DNA of 64,000 nucleotides from an uncultured Verrucomicrobiae bacterium (GTDB lineage Bacteria; Verrucomicrobiota; Verrucomicrobiia; Limisphaerales; Palsa-1400): positions 1,120,001 through 1,184,000 of the forward strand of contig OY969763.1 in the NCBI GenBank assembly GCA_963702845.1. Reading direction: 5' to 3'. The position numbers were made by a program, and so were the translations under genes. Shown here in pieces: positions 19,741 through 31,140 of the stretch; within the stretch, counting starts at the first letter, position 1, and the number at the start of each line of letters is the position of its first letter. The notes under the pieces were generated by a model. That model searched no databases, was not told the origin of the DNA, and saw only the letters and a list, made by a program, of their open reading frames with translations.

Positions 19741-22700
19741 ATGAGCCAAACAACTACTCAGCACATGTACAGGTTCTTCAGATTTTCCGACCTCACCGTT
19801 AGGTTATCGCAAAGCCTGTTGGCCCTGACCGTATCTCTGGCAGCACCGAACTCTCTTTTAGCTCAAGGGTACTCGCAAACACTTACGGTACACAACACCT
19901 GCAACGTTCAAGTGCAGATAAACTATGGCTTTTCCTTTGATGGGGCGGCAGGCTTGTCGGGACAGCTGTTTCCCGGTCCAGGCTCGGTGGTCAGCCAAAC
20001 GCGCTACAGTGGGCAATACAACTACCCAACTGGAATTTACGCTCAGGTTAACAACGGGGTTGATATTTTAGTAGGGGTAGGGAAAGCGACTATTTACGTG
20101 GGCTGTGACGATATCCTTGCGGCTCCCGATCCTGCTATACCAGACAATCGCGGGAGTTCTGGTGGCCCTCCCGAATGCGGAATGCCCGTCTGGTCAATTT
20201 CCCAACCATTCATCAGCCTTGGCTTGAATGACGAGCCGTTGGGGTATCGACCGGCTATTGGTCCACGAGTCTCTTTTTCGCTGTCCTATAAACAACGAGG
20301 CGACGCGAATGCCGATCCAAACGTTTTCGGCGTAGGCCCACGTTGGTATTCGTCATGGGTGTCGTGCATGAAACAAGATCCGTTAACGTTGGCGAACCCG
20401 CCAGTGGCCACGAATATGATCGCGATTTTACCGGACGGCCGACGTGCGTCTTTCGTTAACTCGAACAACTTCGATGCCAATATCCGTATCAGCGGGGATT
20501 CAACAAACGGTTTTACCCTTACCTATCCGAACGGGGCAAAAGATGTTTATGGATTCGTTGTAAACAACTTTTCTCAACAATTCCTCGAGGCGTTTCTCAC
20601 CGAAAAATGGAACGAACTTGGCCAGAAAATGACGTTCGAGTATGGGTTTTTTGGCGATACTGCCCCAGAGGTTCGTCTTAAACAGGTTATTGATGGGGAC
20701 GGTCTTATCAACACCATTACGTATGTTACTACAAACTCTTTCAGTGAAAATTTGATTTCACAAATCACTGACCCGTTCGGCCGGAATACTTATTTATCCT
20801 ACGATTCACAAGGGAACCTCACCAACATTACCGATACTGCAGGTCTCTCCAGTTCTTGCGGTTACGATTTTCAAGGTTGCATTACCAATCTTACCACTCC
20901 TTACGGATCGACCAGTTTCACAATCGCCGACGAAAAGCCGACGACCAATTCTGCAAACGGACGAGGACGTTCGATTCTCGTTACCTTGCCGGATTCAAGT
21001 CACGAACTCTACCTTTATACGAACAGCGCGGCCGGCGTTCCGAGTTCTTACGGATCCAGTGAAATTCCTTCCGTGTCGCCCTATTCGCAGACCTTCGACA
21101 CGAGTGGTATCAATCTGCGCACCAGCTTCCATTGGGGACCGCGCCAATATGCCAACCTTTCCACAACCAACGTCGCGGCATTTACTGCGAACGACTTCCG
21201 GCTCGCTCGCATGTCTCATTGGCTTAAGGCCGGCGATGCGATCGTAAGTCCGATAATCTCGTTGCAACGCGACCCAAGCCCAGACGTAATAGGAGCAACA
21301 GAGGGGCAAAAAACCTGGTACGATTACGCCGGCAAAACCAATTCTCAATACGACGGGACACAGTCGCTGCCGCTATGCGTTGCTCAAGTTTTATCTGACA
21401 GCACAACGAGTTTCGTTCGCGACGTTCGAAACTCCATCGGGGCAGTCACGACCAACGTGGTTAGCTATTCTGTGGGTTCCGGTGTCGGGCTGCGCACGAA
21501 TATTTTCCGTTATTCGACAAACAACATTGATCTTGTCGCCGTCACCAATGCGCTCGGCATTCGGTACTGTTACGAATACCTACAATTCGGTTCACGAAGT
21601 CCTGAAGTCAATCAACGCTCTCAATGAAACGAACTCCTTTACTTACGATACGAGCAACCGCCTGACCAGCATCACTCGCCCGAATGGCCTTGTGATTACG
21701 AACAAGTATGGGACCGACAAATATCTCGCGACCGTCATTGACGTCGGCTTCGCTACAAACTCATACACTTACAGCAATGCCCTCGTTTACTCACACACAG
21801 ACGCGCGCGGCTTAACGGTCACGAACACTTGGGACAACCTCAATCGTCTGATGAGCACAACGTTCCCGGATCAGACTTACATTTCCAACCGTTATACGTT
21901 TCTTGACCTGATAGCGACGAAGGATCGCTTGGACCACTGGAGTTACTTTGGTTACGACCAGCTTCGCCACAATACAAATTTCGTCGATCGGCTTGGAAAC
22001 ACGAACGTTTACAGCTATTGCTCATGCGGCGCTTTGGATTCCGTTCGGGACCCGCTTGGTAATTTCACGCATTACTATTATGACAACCAGATGCGAGTGA
22101 CGAATGTGGTGTACCCGGACAACTACAGTGTCACAAACTTCTACAACCTGATTGGACAGATAACTAACACCGTCGATAGCTTCGGCGCCACCGTCACCAA
22201 CACATACAACGATCAAGGCCTTCTCACTGTCTCGAGTAACGCATTCGGCCGTGTGCAAGCGGCCATCTTTGACGTCCTGGATCGCGTCACAAACGGTCCT
22301 GATGCCAATGGGGTGACCGTTTCGACGACCTACGACAACCTGAATCGCGTCCTGTCCCGGACCTACCCTGATGCCGGTGTAGAAAAATGGGCCTATACGC
22401 AAAAAATTGTCGGTGCCACTAGTTACACGAACCAGGTCACCAACATCGTGACCTACGGCTACGATGCCCTCTCTCGCCTCACTAACCAGGTCAACGTCGG
22501 CATTCGTACAACCGGTTCTTCTACAACGGCGCAGGTGATCTGACCAATCTGGTCGACGGGAGTTCACAGTCCACGAAATGGGGTTATGACATCTTCGGTC
22601 GTAATACAAACAAAGTGGACGCGACCAGCGCGACAATTCTCACGCTTAAATACGACGCTGAGAACCGGATGACCAACCGCACCAGTGCCGCCAAGGGCAC

Positions 22701-24861
22701 CACAACCTACTCCTACGACAATGAAGGCAACCTTCTCAACGTGGCGTATCCGACCAGCCCATCCATCAGTTTCGCCTACGATGCGATGAACCGGATGACG
22801 AACATGACCGATGCCGTGGGCACTTCCACATTCACTTACACCGCCGCCGGCCAACTGCAAAGTGAAGATGGTCCGTGGTCGAGTGATACCATCACCTACA
22901 GCTACAACAACCGTCTGCGCTCCGGATTTACGTTGCAAGAGCCAATCGGCTCGTCTCTATCCCAGACCTACGGCTACGACGCCTCTCGTCGCCTGACAAA
23001 TATTACATCAACGGCGGGAGCATTTACATATGCCTACGATCCCGCTCGCAACCTTCAGGTCCAAAAACTCACTCTCCCCAACTATGCCTACATCACCAAC
23101 GCCTACGACACTGTCTCGCGGCTGACCGACACCTGGCTGAAAAATAGCAGCGGCACCATCCTGAACTACCACGGCTACTTGATAAACAAAGCCAATCAGC
23201 GATCCCGCCAAACCCGTTTCAATTACGACTACGTCGATTACACCTACGACGCCGCCGGCCAGTTAAAGACCGCTTCCGGCAAAGAAAGCGGCGGAACTCC
23301 ACATCGCTACAATGAACAACTCGGCTACAGCTACGATCCAGCCGGTAACTTGCTAAATCGGACCAATAACACATTGATCCAGAACTTCGTTGTTAACTCT
23401 TTGAACGAACTCACCAATGTTAAAAGTAGCGGTAAGATTACGGTGGAAGGAAACACCAGCGCTCCCGCCTCCAGCGTGACTGTCAATGGAACGAATGCTG
23501 CTATTTACAGTGATGCGACTTTTGCCGCGACAAATATGCCGTTGGCCAGTAGCTATACCGCCATTGCTCACGACGCGTTCGGCCGCGCCGATACAAACAC
23601 CATTACCCTGACGCTGTCCACCAACGTCATCTTCCGATATGACGGCAACGGCAATCTCACCAACGACAACCTGTGCACATTCCAATACGATGACGAAAAT
23701 CAGTTAACCAACGTCTGGGCGAGTAACGCATGGAAGAGTGCTTTTGCTTACGACGGCCTCCACCGCCGCCGCGCCGAAACGAACTATATTTGGAGTGCCG
23801 GTGCTTGGGTTAAATCCAACGAACGGCGATTCCTTTACGACGGTAATCTCGTTGTCGAAGAGCGCGATGCAACCAATCAATCACAGGTGTTTTATACCCG
23901 AGGGCGCGATCTGAGCGGCACAATAGCGGGGGCCGGAGGAATTGGCGGTCTGCTCGCCAGAACACCGACCACTGATTATCTGACATCAAGTTCTGCCGCG
24001 CATGCATTCTATTTTAGCGATGCAAACGGAAACGTTACAACCCTCACAGGTACAAACCAAACGGTGCTTGCAAAATACCTATACGATGCGTTCGGAAATA
24101 TCCTCTCAAGCTCCGGTCCACTCGCGGATATAAATCTTTACCGCTTTTCCAGCAAAGAGATTCATCTAAACAGCCGCCTAATTTATTTTGGGCTGCGCTT
24201 TTACAGTCCCAGTTTGCAGCGTTGGATCAATCGCGATCCCATCGCCGAGAACGGCGGGCTAAATCTATATGCGTACGTATTAAACGATCCAGTCAACTTA
24301 AGTGATCCGTTAGGCCTGGATATTTTGGATTCATTAAACAACCATGCGGCGGAATCGTATCAGCGAGGAGGCGTGTTTGATAAGTTAGAGGGCGTTGTTG
24401 CAAACGGGATAGAGGCCACTCTCGACACATTGATCGGCGCGCAAGACGTAAAGGATTCTGCGATCAAGTCGGGGATGGCTTCTGCCGATCCTTGTCATCG
24501 CAAAAGAGCTTGGGGATATGGAGCATTGGCGGCTGGCACAATTCTGATCAATGCAATTCCTGGCGAAGGTCAGGCAGAACATATTGTTTACGTTGGACTT
24601 GATAAAGCAGGAATAATCCGATACGTGGGCATTACCTCTCGTGATCTAGAAGTTAGAGAAGCCGAACACATCGCGCAGGGAGGTGGAAAGCAACTTTTGG
24701 ATTATGTCACAGTGGCCGGTGCGGAAGGAATGACCAAGACGGAAGCAAGAATTGCCGAGCAGAAATTGATCAATGCAAATGGCGGTGTAGCGGGTGGACA
24801 ACTTCTGAACAAAAGGAATTCGATTGCACCAGGCTACTGGCCCCAACATGGAATCAAATGA
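19741..24861 (+). CDS. RHS/YD-repeat polymorphic toxin, split by two frameshifts (about 21563 and 22510)
   Basis: YD repeats continue across ORFs 19741-21627, 21380-22543 and 22615-24861. RHS core RFYSPSLQRWINRDPIAENGGLNLYAYVLNDPVNLSDPLGL, followed by a variable tip. Confidence 0.9.
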
Positions 24862-25352
24862 CCACAAAACGTCTTGTACTAAAAATCGGCGATGTCTTTG
24901 CAGTAACCGTTGCAGACGGCACCAAAAAGTATTTCCAGTATGTAGCCAACGACCGTTCAATGCTAAACAGTTCGGTGATTCGAGCTTTTCGGGAGACTTA
25001 TCCGGCCGAGGAGGCTCCTGACCTCGTGCGAGTTGTGAAAGGAGAAGTGCAATTTCACGCTCACGTTTTCCTACGAAACGGAACGAAAATGAGATATTGG
25101 CAAAAGGAAGGTTGCGCTCCCGTTCACGAGGCCGTGGATGTCGTCTTTCGATCAACAAACGACGTTTTGAATCGAAAGCGATTTTCAAACGACTGGTATA
25201 TTTGGAAAATTAATGAACCCCAAGTACACGTTGGCAAGTTAGAGGGTGCCAATCTACAATCGGAAATAGGAATCGTTAAAGCTCCAGACGATATTGTAAT
25301 CCGCATGACTACCGGGAAATACAGCAGCTTTTACCCGGAACCAGAAAGGTGA
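24858..25352 (+). CDS. Putative immunity protein (Imm26-like)
   Basis: Overlaps the toxin stop (ATGA). The N-terminus KIGDVFAVTVADGTKKYFQYV resembles Imm26. Confidence 0.7.
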   Translation: MTTKRLVLKIGDVFAVTVADGTKKYFQYVANDRSMLNSSVIRAFRETYPAEEAPDLVRVVKGEVQFHAHVFLRNGTKMRYWQKEGCAPVHEAVDVVFRSTNDVLNRKRFSNDWYIWKINEPQVHVGKLEGANLQSEIGIVKAPDDIVIRMTTGKYSSFYPEPER

Positions 25353-25392
25353 CCAAAAAGTCGTACGCCCCAACCCATAGCGCGCGGACCCG

Positions 25393-26410
25393 GTGTCAGT
25401 TCTCACTATTTAAACTATTTACAGTTTCTCAGAAGCTTATCACGGTGGTGTCAGGCCCCGTCCTTTGAGAATGGAATATCCTGGCGCGATTTACCATGTG
25501 ATGAGTCGCGGGGACCGTCGTGAAGATATTTTCCGGGACGACCAGGATCGGCGCCGATTTCTGGACGCGTTGGAGGAGGCCTGCGGCAAAACCGAATGGG
25601 AGGTTCATGCCTATTGTCTGATGCGGAATCATTTCCATCTGGTGATCGAAACACCGCTGGCCAACCTGGTGGTCGGCATGAAATGGCTGCTGGGCGTGTA
25701 TACCAAACGTTTCAATATTCGGCATAAGCTTTGCGGCCATCTATTTGCCGGACGCTACAAAGCGCTGATTGTGGACGGCAGCGGCATCGGGTATTTGCGG
25801 ACGGTTTGCGATTATGTGCATCTCAATCCAGTTCGCGCGAAGCTGATCAAAGGTCATACGCCGCTGGAAAGCTTTCGCTGGAGCAGTTACGGCGCCTACT
25901 TGGGCGCGCCGAGCCAGCGCCCGGCGTGGCTGCGAGTGGGCCGGCTTCTGGGCGAGCACGGGATACCCAGGGACAGCGTGGCCGGACGCCGCCAGTTCGC
26001 GATGCGAATGGAACAACGGCGGGCACAGGAGACGCAGACTGATTACCGGCAGTTGAGACGTGGGTGGTGTTTGGGAGAGGAGGGATTCCGCAAAGAGTTG
26101 CTTTCGGCTGCGTCCGAGCGTTTGGGTCCTACGCACTACGGGAGTGAACGCCGGGAAAGCGACGAGGAGAAAGCCCGTCGGATTTTAGCTGCGGAATTGA
26201 AAGAATTGGGATGGAATTGGGATGAATTGGCGCAACGCCGCAAAGGTGACAAAGGCAAGGTAACGATGGCGCGGAGATTACGAAAGGAAACAACAATGAG
26301 TTTAAAATGGATCGCCGAGAACCTGGAGATGGGCAGTTGGACTTACGTGTCAAACCTACTCGCCCAAAAGCCATCAAAACAGAGCTTGTGTAAATAGTGA
26401 GAACTGACAC
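25393..26410 (+). mobile_element. RAYT-type element bounded by a perfect 20-bp inverted repeat
   Basis: GTGTCAGTTCTCACTATTTA at 25393-25412 and TAAATAGTGAGAACTGACAC at 26391-26410. Confidence 0.85.
25465..26397 (+). CDS. REP-associated-type tyrosine (Y1 HUH) transposase with C-terminal HTH
   Basis: YHVMSRG, AYCLMRNHFHL (HUH), GHLFAGRYKA, YVHLNPVRA, RWSSY. The stop codon lies within the right inverted repeat. Confidence 0.92.
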   Translation: MRMEYPGAIYHVMSRGDRREDIFRDDQDRRRFLDALEEACGKTEWEVHAYCLMRNHFHLVIETPLANLVVGMKWLLGVYTKRFNIRHKLCGHLFAGRYKALIVDGSGIGYLRTVCDYVHLNPVRAKLIKGHTPLESFRWSSYGAYLGAPSQRPAWLRVGRLLGEHGIPRDSVAGRRQFAMRMEQRRAQETQTDYRQLRRGWCLGEEGFRKELLSAASERLGPTHYGSERRESDEEKARRILAAELKELGWNWDELAQRRKGDKGKVTMARRLRKETTMSLKWIAENLEMGSWTYVSNLLAQKPSKQSLCK

Positions 26411-26731
26411 TTGTATGAGGAAGGGCTCGTTCAAATTTCTGTAGATACGTTTTCGATCTTGTTAAAATTTCCACGTCTTCAAACTGCATCCTCAGGGTGC
26501 GATACGCGCGGCATAGTTTCGAGAATCTCGTCAAATGCCGGACATTTAAGCGGTGTAGGGTACAAAAAAACAAAAAAATCGCAAAAATACAGTTTTGCTG
26601 CCACGGCGCGGTGGGCCGGATGAGACTTGTGTGCTATGTTTGGCAGGATGTCGAGTCGTTCGCATCCAGGTGCAGTCAAAAAAACCATCGCTTCGCTATG
26701 AAAATATCGAAGCCAACTTAGGAGACCTGTC

Positions 26732-27211
26732 ATGAAGAAATTATTATTATTGTTGTCGGTTCTGTTGGTTGTGTTGCCGGGCGCCCGTGCCGATCAGAAG
26801 GCCGAAGATGCGGCAATTCGCGTACGTCACGATGAATGGTGTGCGGCCTGGGACAAACATGATCCGAAATTGATGGCGTCGTTTTTTCTGCCCGATGGGG
26901 ATTTGATCAACCCGTTTGGGAGACATGCCGAGGGAAGGGGAGCGATTGAGCAGTTGTTCACCCAGGAACAATCCGGCCCGATGGCGGGGACGACATACTC
27001 CGGCACGATTGAGAGTATTCGTTATATGGGTAAGAGCATCGCGATCATCGATGTCGCTGCTGAGATTGCGGGGATGAAAAATCCGGAGGGTGCTGCTGCG
27101 GCGCCGTTCAAGCATCACGTGACGTGGATCGCGGAGAAGAAGGGCGGAAAATGGCTGGCGTTCGGCGCGCGTGCTTTTGCTTTCACACCGCCGCCGGCCG
27201 GGGGAAAATAA
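26732..27211 (+). CDS. Secreted NTF2/SnoaL-like (SgcJ/EcaC, DUF4440-like) protein
   Basis: Signal peptide; AAWDKHD...FFLPDGDLINPFG...GRGAI...KKGGKW. Confidence 0.8.
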   Translation: MKKLLLLLSVLLVVLPGARADQKAEDAAIRVRHDEWCAAWDKHDPKLMASFFLPDGDLINPFGRHAEGRGAIEQLFTQEQSGPMAGTTYSGTIESIRYMGKSIAIIDVAAEIAGMKNPEGAAAAPFKHHVTWIAEKKGGKWLAFGARAFAFTPPPAGGK

Positions 27212-27248
27212 ATTCGCATTTCGATGCGAATGTTGAGTTTACGTGACG

Positions 27249-27343
27249 ATTCGGTGTCTGAGCCTGCGGCAAGACCGAATGGGAGGTTCTCGCCCAAAAG
27301 CCATCAAAACGGAGTTTGTGTAAATAGTGAGAACGGACACTTG
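27249..27343 (+). mobile_element. Internally deleted mini-copy of the RAYT element
   Basis: 27262-27289 matches 25579-25606 and is joined directly to 27290-27343, which matches 26360-26413. Confidence 0.85.
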
Positions 27344-27375
27344 GATCCAAAGCGAGGCAAGGCCAGTGCCAGTTA

Positions 27376-28680
27376 ATGCTGCTTTTAAGAGGTTATCAGC
27401 GGCTTTTAACATTTGGTGCTGTTGAATCGCCTCAGCATCGGGCTAGATTCTGCTTTGAAGTGCCGACCACGCTACAGCAAGACGCCTTGGCTTCACGGAG
27501 GGTGAGCGGAGAGACTACGATACCCAACGACTGCGGATCATCCATTCCCAAACACCAGCCCAGCGCGGATGAGCGGCTTGTCGTTTTGATTCCCGATGGC
27601 GAGGCCAAGGAAGCCCTCTTAGTGGCGCGGTGTCTGGCCGCCAGCGCTCGGGTAACCCTACATGCCCTTTCTGCTCAACGCTGGCCCGAACTCCGCTTTT
27701 CCACCCACTGTGCCAGATTCCACCATTTTGAAGATACGCAGGACGAACCGCAGCGGTTGCGGATGATTCAGGACATCGTGCAGCGGTACAGGATCCAAGT
27801 GATCCTGCCGGTGTCCGATCGAGGCATTCGCTGGTGGGCAGCGCGACAAGATGCGGTGAGGCGCACAGTTCCTCTCGCTCCGGTCCCGCCCCCCGACGCC
27901 TTCGACACCGCCACTGACAAGAGCCGCTTGGCCAGCTTCCTGGCACGGCATGAGCTGCCCCATCCAGAGACCAGAATATGCGTCACGGGCCAGGACCCGT
28001 TCGAGAGCGTCGGCTCGATGAGCTTTCCCGTGTTGGCCAAACCCCCAATGGGCAGGGGCGGCTTCGGCATCCAGTGCTTTGACACCTCGGAGCAATTGCG
28101 GGTGTTCATGGAGCAGCTTCCCAATGGTGCCGCCTACGTCGTTCAGAGTTACTTGCCCGGAATCGACATGGGCTGCAGTGTCTTGTGCCAAGACGGGAAG
28201 GTGCTGGCCGGTACGGTCCAACAGGTCATTGTGCCCGGCGCACCGCGATTCTCGGCCCCGGTGGGCATCGAACTCCGCGATGATCCGACGACGATGGCGA
28301 TCATTGGTCGCCTGATGGCCGCCTTGAATTGGTCCGGGGTCGCCAACGTGGATTTGCGCCGGGACGCTCGTACCGGTCAGGTCAACATTCTGGAAGTGAA
28401 CGGGCGGTTCTGGGCCACGTTGGGCGGCTCATTAAATGCAGGCGTCAACTTTCCATACCTCGCCTGCCAAGCCGCGCTGGGTCGCTCCTTTCCGTTTCCT
28501 CCCATTCAGGCGGCACGCTATTTTCGGACGAAGCGCTTTGCGTTACGCGCCCTCGCCGGTGGCGGACAACTTCAGGTTCGCAGAACCGAAACGGACTTGC
28601 CGCACCTGCTGGCGGACCCGGTGATAGTGGGGCATAAGCTCACCCGCCAGTGCTGGTTCCGGCTTCGCCGGGCACGGTGA
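27376..28680 (+). CDS. ATP-grasp domain protein (start uncertain)
   Basis: DKSRLASFL, FPVLAKP, GRGGFGI, VQSYLPG, ILEVNGRFW. Confidence 0.85.
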   Translation: MLLLRGYQRLLTFGAVESPQHRARFCFEVPTTLQQDALASRRVSGETTIPNDCGSSIPKHQPSADERLVVLIPDGEAKEALLVARCLAASARVTLHALSAQRWPELRFSTHCARFHHFEDTQDEPQRLRMIQDIVQRYRIQVILPVSDRGIRWWAARQDAVRRTVPLAPVPPPDAFDTATDKSRLASFLARHELPHPETRICVTGQDPFESVGSMSFPVLAKPPMGRGGFGIQCFDTSEQLRVFMEQLPNGAAYVVQSYLPGIDMGCSVLCQDGKVLAGTVQQVIVPGAPRFSAPVGIELRDDPTTMAIIGRLMAALNWSGVANVDLRRDARTGQVNILEVNGRFWATLGGSLNAGVNFPYLACQAALGRSFPFPPIQAARYFRTKRFALRALAGGGQLQVRRTETDLPHLLADPVIVGHKLTRQCWFRLRRAR

Positions 28681-28981
28681 ACGGAGTTTAGTCAGGTCAT
28701 CCGCGCGAGCCATATATCGGTCCGTTTGCCGCCATTCGACGTTGAATCGTTCGCGTATAATCTGGTGGGTGGGATGCCGCTGGCCCGGGACGAACAATGG
28801 GCTGTGGCGGTGTTATAGGTTGAACACCCCGAATTTCTTTAGTCCCTAAAGGGAATCACGTCCATCTTCTTCTCGGCTAACCCAGGCAAAAACCAACCGG
28901 CAGGAATTCATCTCGTAGATTACAGAAACGAACGGTCTTGTCCGATGTTCAGGAATTTCAGGATAGCGCACGCTCGCCAAC

Positions 28982-30796
28982 ATGACTATGGCATCAAGGC
29001 AGTCACGCTTCATCACGACATCATTGGTATTCCTCCTCTACGTTTGCGGCACGCACAGAACACCCGCCGCGGGCACCAACAGTTGGAATTCCGCCGTCAC
29101 CGGTGCATGGGAAAGTCTTTCCTGGTCATTGAGCGTCCGTCCCGACATCAGCCAGTCCGCCATTCTCATCACCAACTACGGCCAGAAAGCCGTCATTCTC
29201 GGAGCCAATGCGCGCGACAATTTTCCAGCGTCACTTTCAATCAGCAACCTGCTCATCGCCGGCACGCCTCTCTCAACAAACACATTGTTCCTGAATTTCA
29301 CTGGAACGACCACCCCACTGCGCATCTTCAACTCCTGCACCGTCCAAAACAACGGCGTGCTGCTAAACCAGTCTTCAGCCATCCACGTTATCGGCGGCTC
29401 CAACGCCGCAACCTATGTCGACGGCGGAACCATCAATCAAGTCGGCGGCTCAAACAGGTTCGAAGGCACGATCCATATCGGCAGCGTTAACCCCGGATTA
29501 TACAACGCGACCAACGGCATCGTTGTCGCCGACCAATTGATCATCGGCGGAAACATTGGCGGCACCTTCAACCAGGTCGGCGGCAGCGTGACCGCCCAAA
29601 CGTATCTCTGGATTGGCAGCACAACCAACAAGGGACTTTACACATTATCCGGCGGCGATCTCATAGCCAATAAAGCCGACATCGGCGTCGGCATAAACTC
29701 AGCGGGAGAATTTGTCCAAAACTCAGGCACCTTCACCGTCAGCCAGCTTTCCCTGTCCGCGCCTTTCGGCGCTGATGCCCGATACACCCTGAAAGGCGGC
29801 GTGCTGAGCACAGGTGGTTTATCGATGGGAATCCTCGGCCAGTCCGACTTCGTGCAAAACGGCGGTATCCTCAACAGCGGCCATGTCAGCGTCGGAAGCT
29901 CGTATCCAGGTTCCGCTTCTTACACATTGAGCGGAGGCCTTCTTACTTGCACTGGCATGGGCGTCACCACCGCCGATTTTGGTCATTCCGCTGGAACGAA
30001 TCGTGTCGCCGGACAACTTTTCATTAGTGAAGGCACTTACAATCTATCGGGGGGAGAATTAGACAGCGAAAGCGTCTCGCTTAGCGCCAGCCGCGTCAGC
30101 CCGGGTTTTTTTGTCCAAACCGGAGGAAAATACGTCGTCACCAATTCGCTCGAAATCTCGGGTGAAAGCATGGGCGGTGCAGGCCCGGGCTATTTCCTGG
30201 CGGGCGGCACGCTCGACTGTGGCCAAATCGACATAGGATTTAACGGACGCCTGCAGCACACCGGAGGTTCACTGACCGCCCACGGCCCCGTGACGATCGA
30301 GCGCTACGGCACTCTCTACGCGAGTAACGTCAGCGAACAGCTCGGCCCACTTCTGTTGTCCAACGACGGCCCCTGCTTCGACACTGTGATCGGCACCACT
30401 CAACACTTTGCCTTTAGCGCCAATACCCACTGGGACACGAACGCATTCCTGGTAATTTCAGGCGATGGCCCGGTTTACTTCGGCAACTCCGCTTCAGCTC
30501 TAACCGCGAGACAACTACTCCAGATCACCTTCTACGCCGGAGGCGATTACGTAAGGTTGCTCAGTGACGGTCAACTTGTCCCGTACCCGGTTCCGCCGAT
30601 CGATCAACAAATCAACGGCAACAATTTGACTCTATCCTGGACGGGCCCGCCCGGAATTGGCGTTTCCAACGGCGGTATAACCCTTCAAGCAGCAGACAAT
30701 GTGACCGGCCCATACGTCGACGTGCCCGCCGCCACCAGCCCCTACGTCGTTCCATTCAACAGCAAGTCAAAGTTCTTCAGGCTAACACGCCAGTAA
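28982..30796 (+). CDS. Secreted Gly-rich beta-solenoid-like protein with C-terminal FFRL tail
   Basis: Signal peptide; repeated GxYxLSGG and GxFxQxGG units; ends ATSPYVVPFNSKSKFFRLTRQ. Confidence 0.8.
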   Translation: MTMASRQSRFITTSLVFLLYVCGTHRTPAAGTNSWNSAVTGAWESLSWSLSVRPDISQSAILITNYGQKAVILGANARDNFPASLSISNLLIAGTPLSTNTLFLNFTGTTTPLRIFNSCTVQNNGVLLNQSSAIHVIGGSNAATYVDGGTINQVGGSNRFEGTIHIGSVNPGLYNATNGIVVADQLIIGGNIGGTFNQVGGSVTAQTYLWIGSTTNKGLYTLSGGDLIANKADIGVGINSAGEFVQNSGTFTVSQLSLSAPFGADARYTLKGGVLSTGGLSMGILGQSDFVQNGGILNSGHVSVGSSYPGSASYTLSGGLLTCTGMGVTTADFGHSAGTNRVAGQLFISEGTYNLSGGELDSESVSLSASRVSPGFFVQTGGKYVVTNSLEISGESMGGAGPGYFLAGGTLDCGQIDIGFNGRLQHTGGSLTAHGPVTIERYGTLYASNVSEQLGPLLLSNDGPCFDTVIGTTQHFAFSANTHWDTNAFLVISGDGPVYFGNSASALTARQLLQITFYAGGDYVRLLSDGQLVPYPVPPIDQQINGNNLTLSWTGPPGIGVSNGGITLQAADNVTGPYVDVPAATSPYVVPFNSKSKFFRLTRQ

Positions 30797-30927
30797 ACGG
30801 TGTTCTCGATTGCGTTCCTGAGGCTGGATGTTCGATAGGAATTTGCTTCATAGGAGTGTGCAAGTCCAACAGCAGTGACCCCCATCCGCTGACATCTCCC
30901 TGACCCCCATCACCTGTCACTTGGCCG

Positions 30928-30946
30928 GTGAGAACTGACACCGAAT
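30928..30946. repeat. Isolated RAYT right-end motif
   Basis: GTGAGAACTGACACCG is the reverse complement of 25391-25406. Confidence 0.8.
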
Positions 30947-31140
30947 TAAGCCGATGTGCCCCGGTGCCGCCCAAAGCGATGAACCGCGCCAGCGTCAAAA
31001 GCAATTTCCGATTAGTATCAGTAGTAGCTATCGGTTAAATTTATTTGACAAAAGACAATTGTGGGAGCCGAATCGGGTAAGCCTTTACCTCTAAGATTAC
31101 AACAAGGGCCGGGGCGATTCTTATAGCAGAAAGTAAAAAC

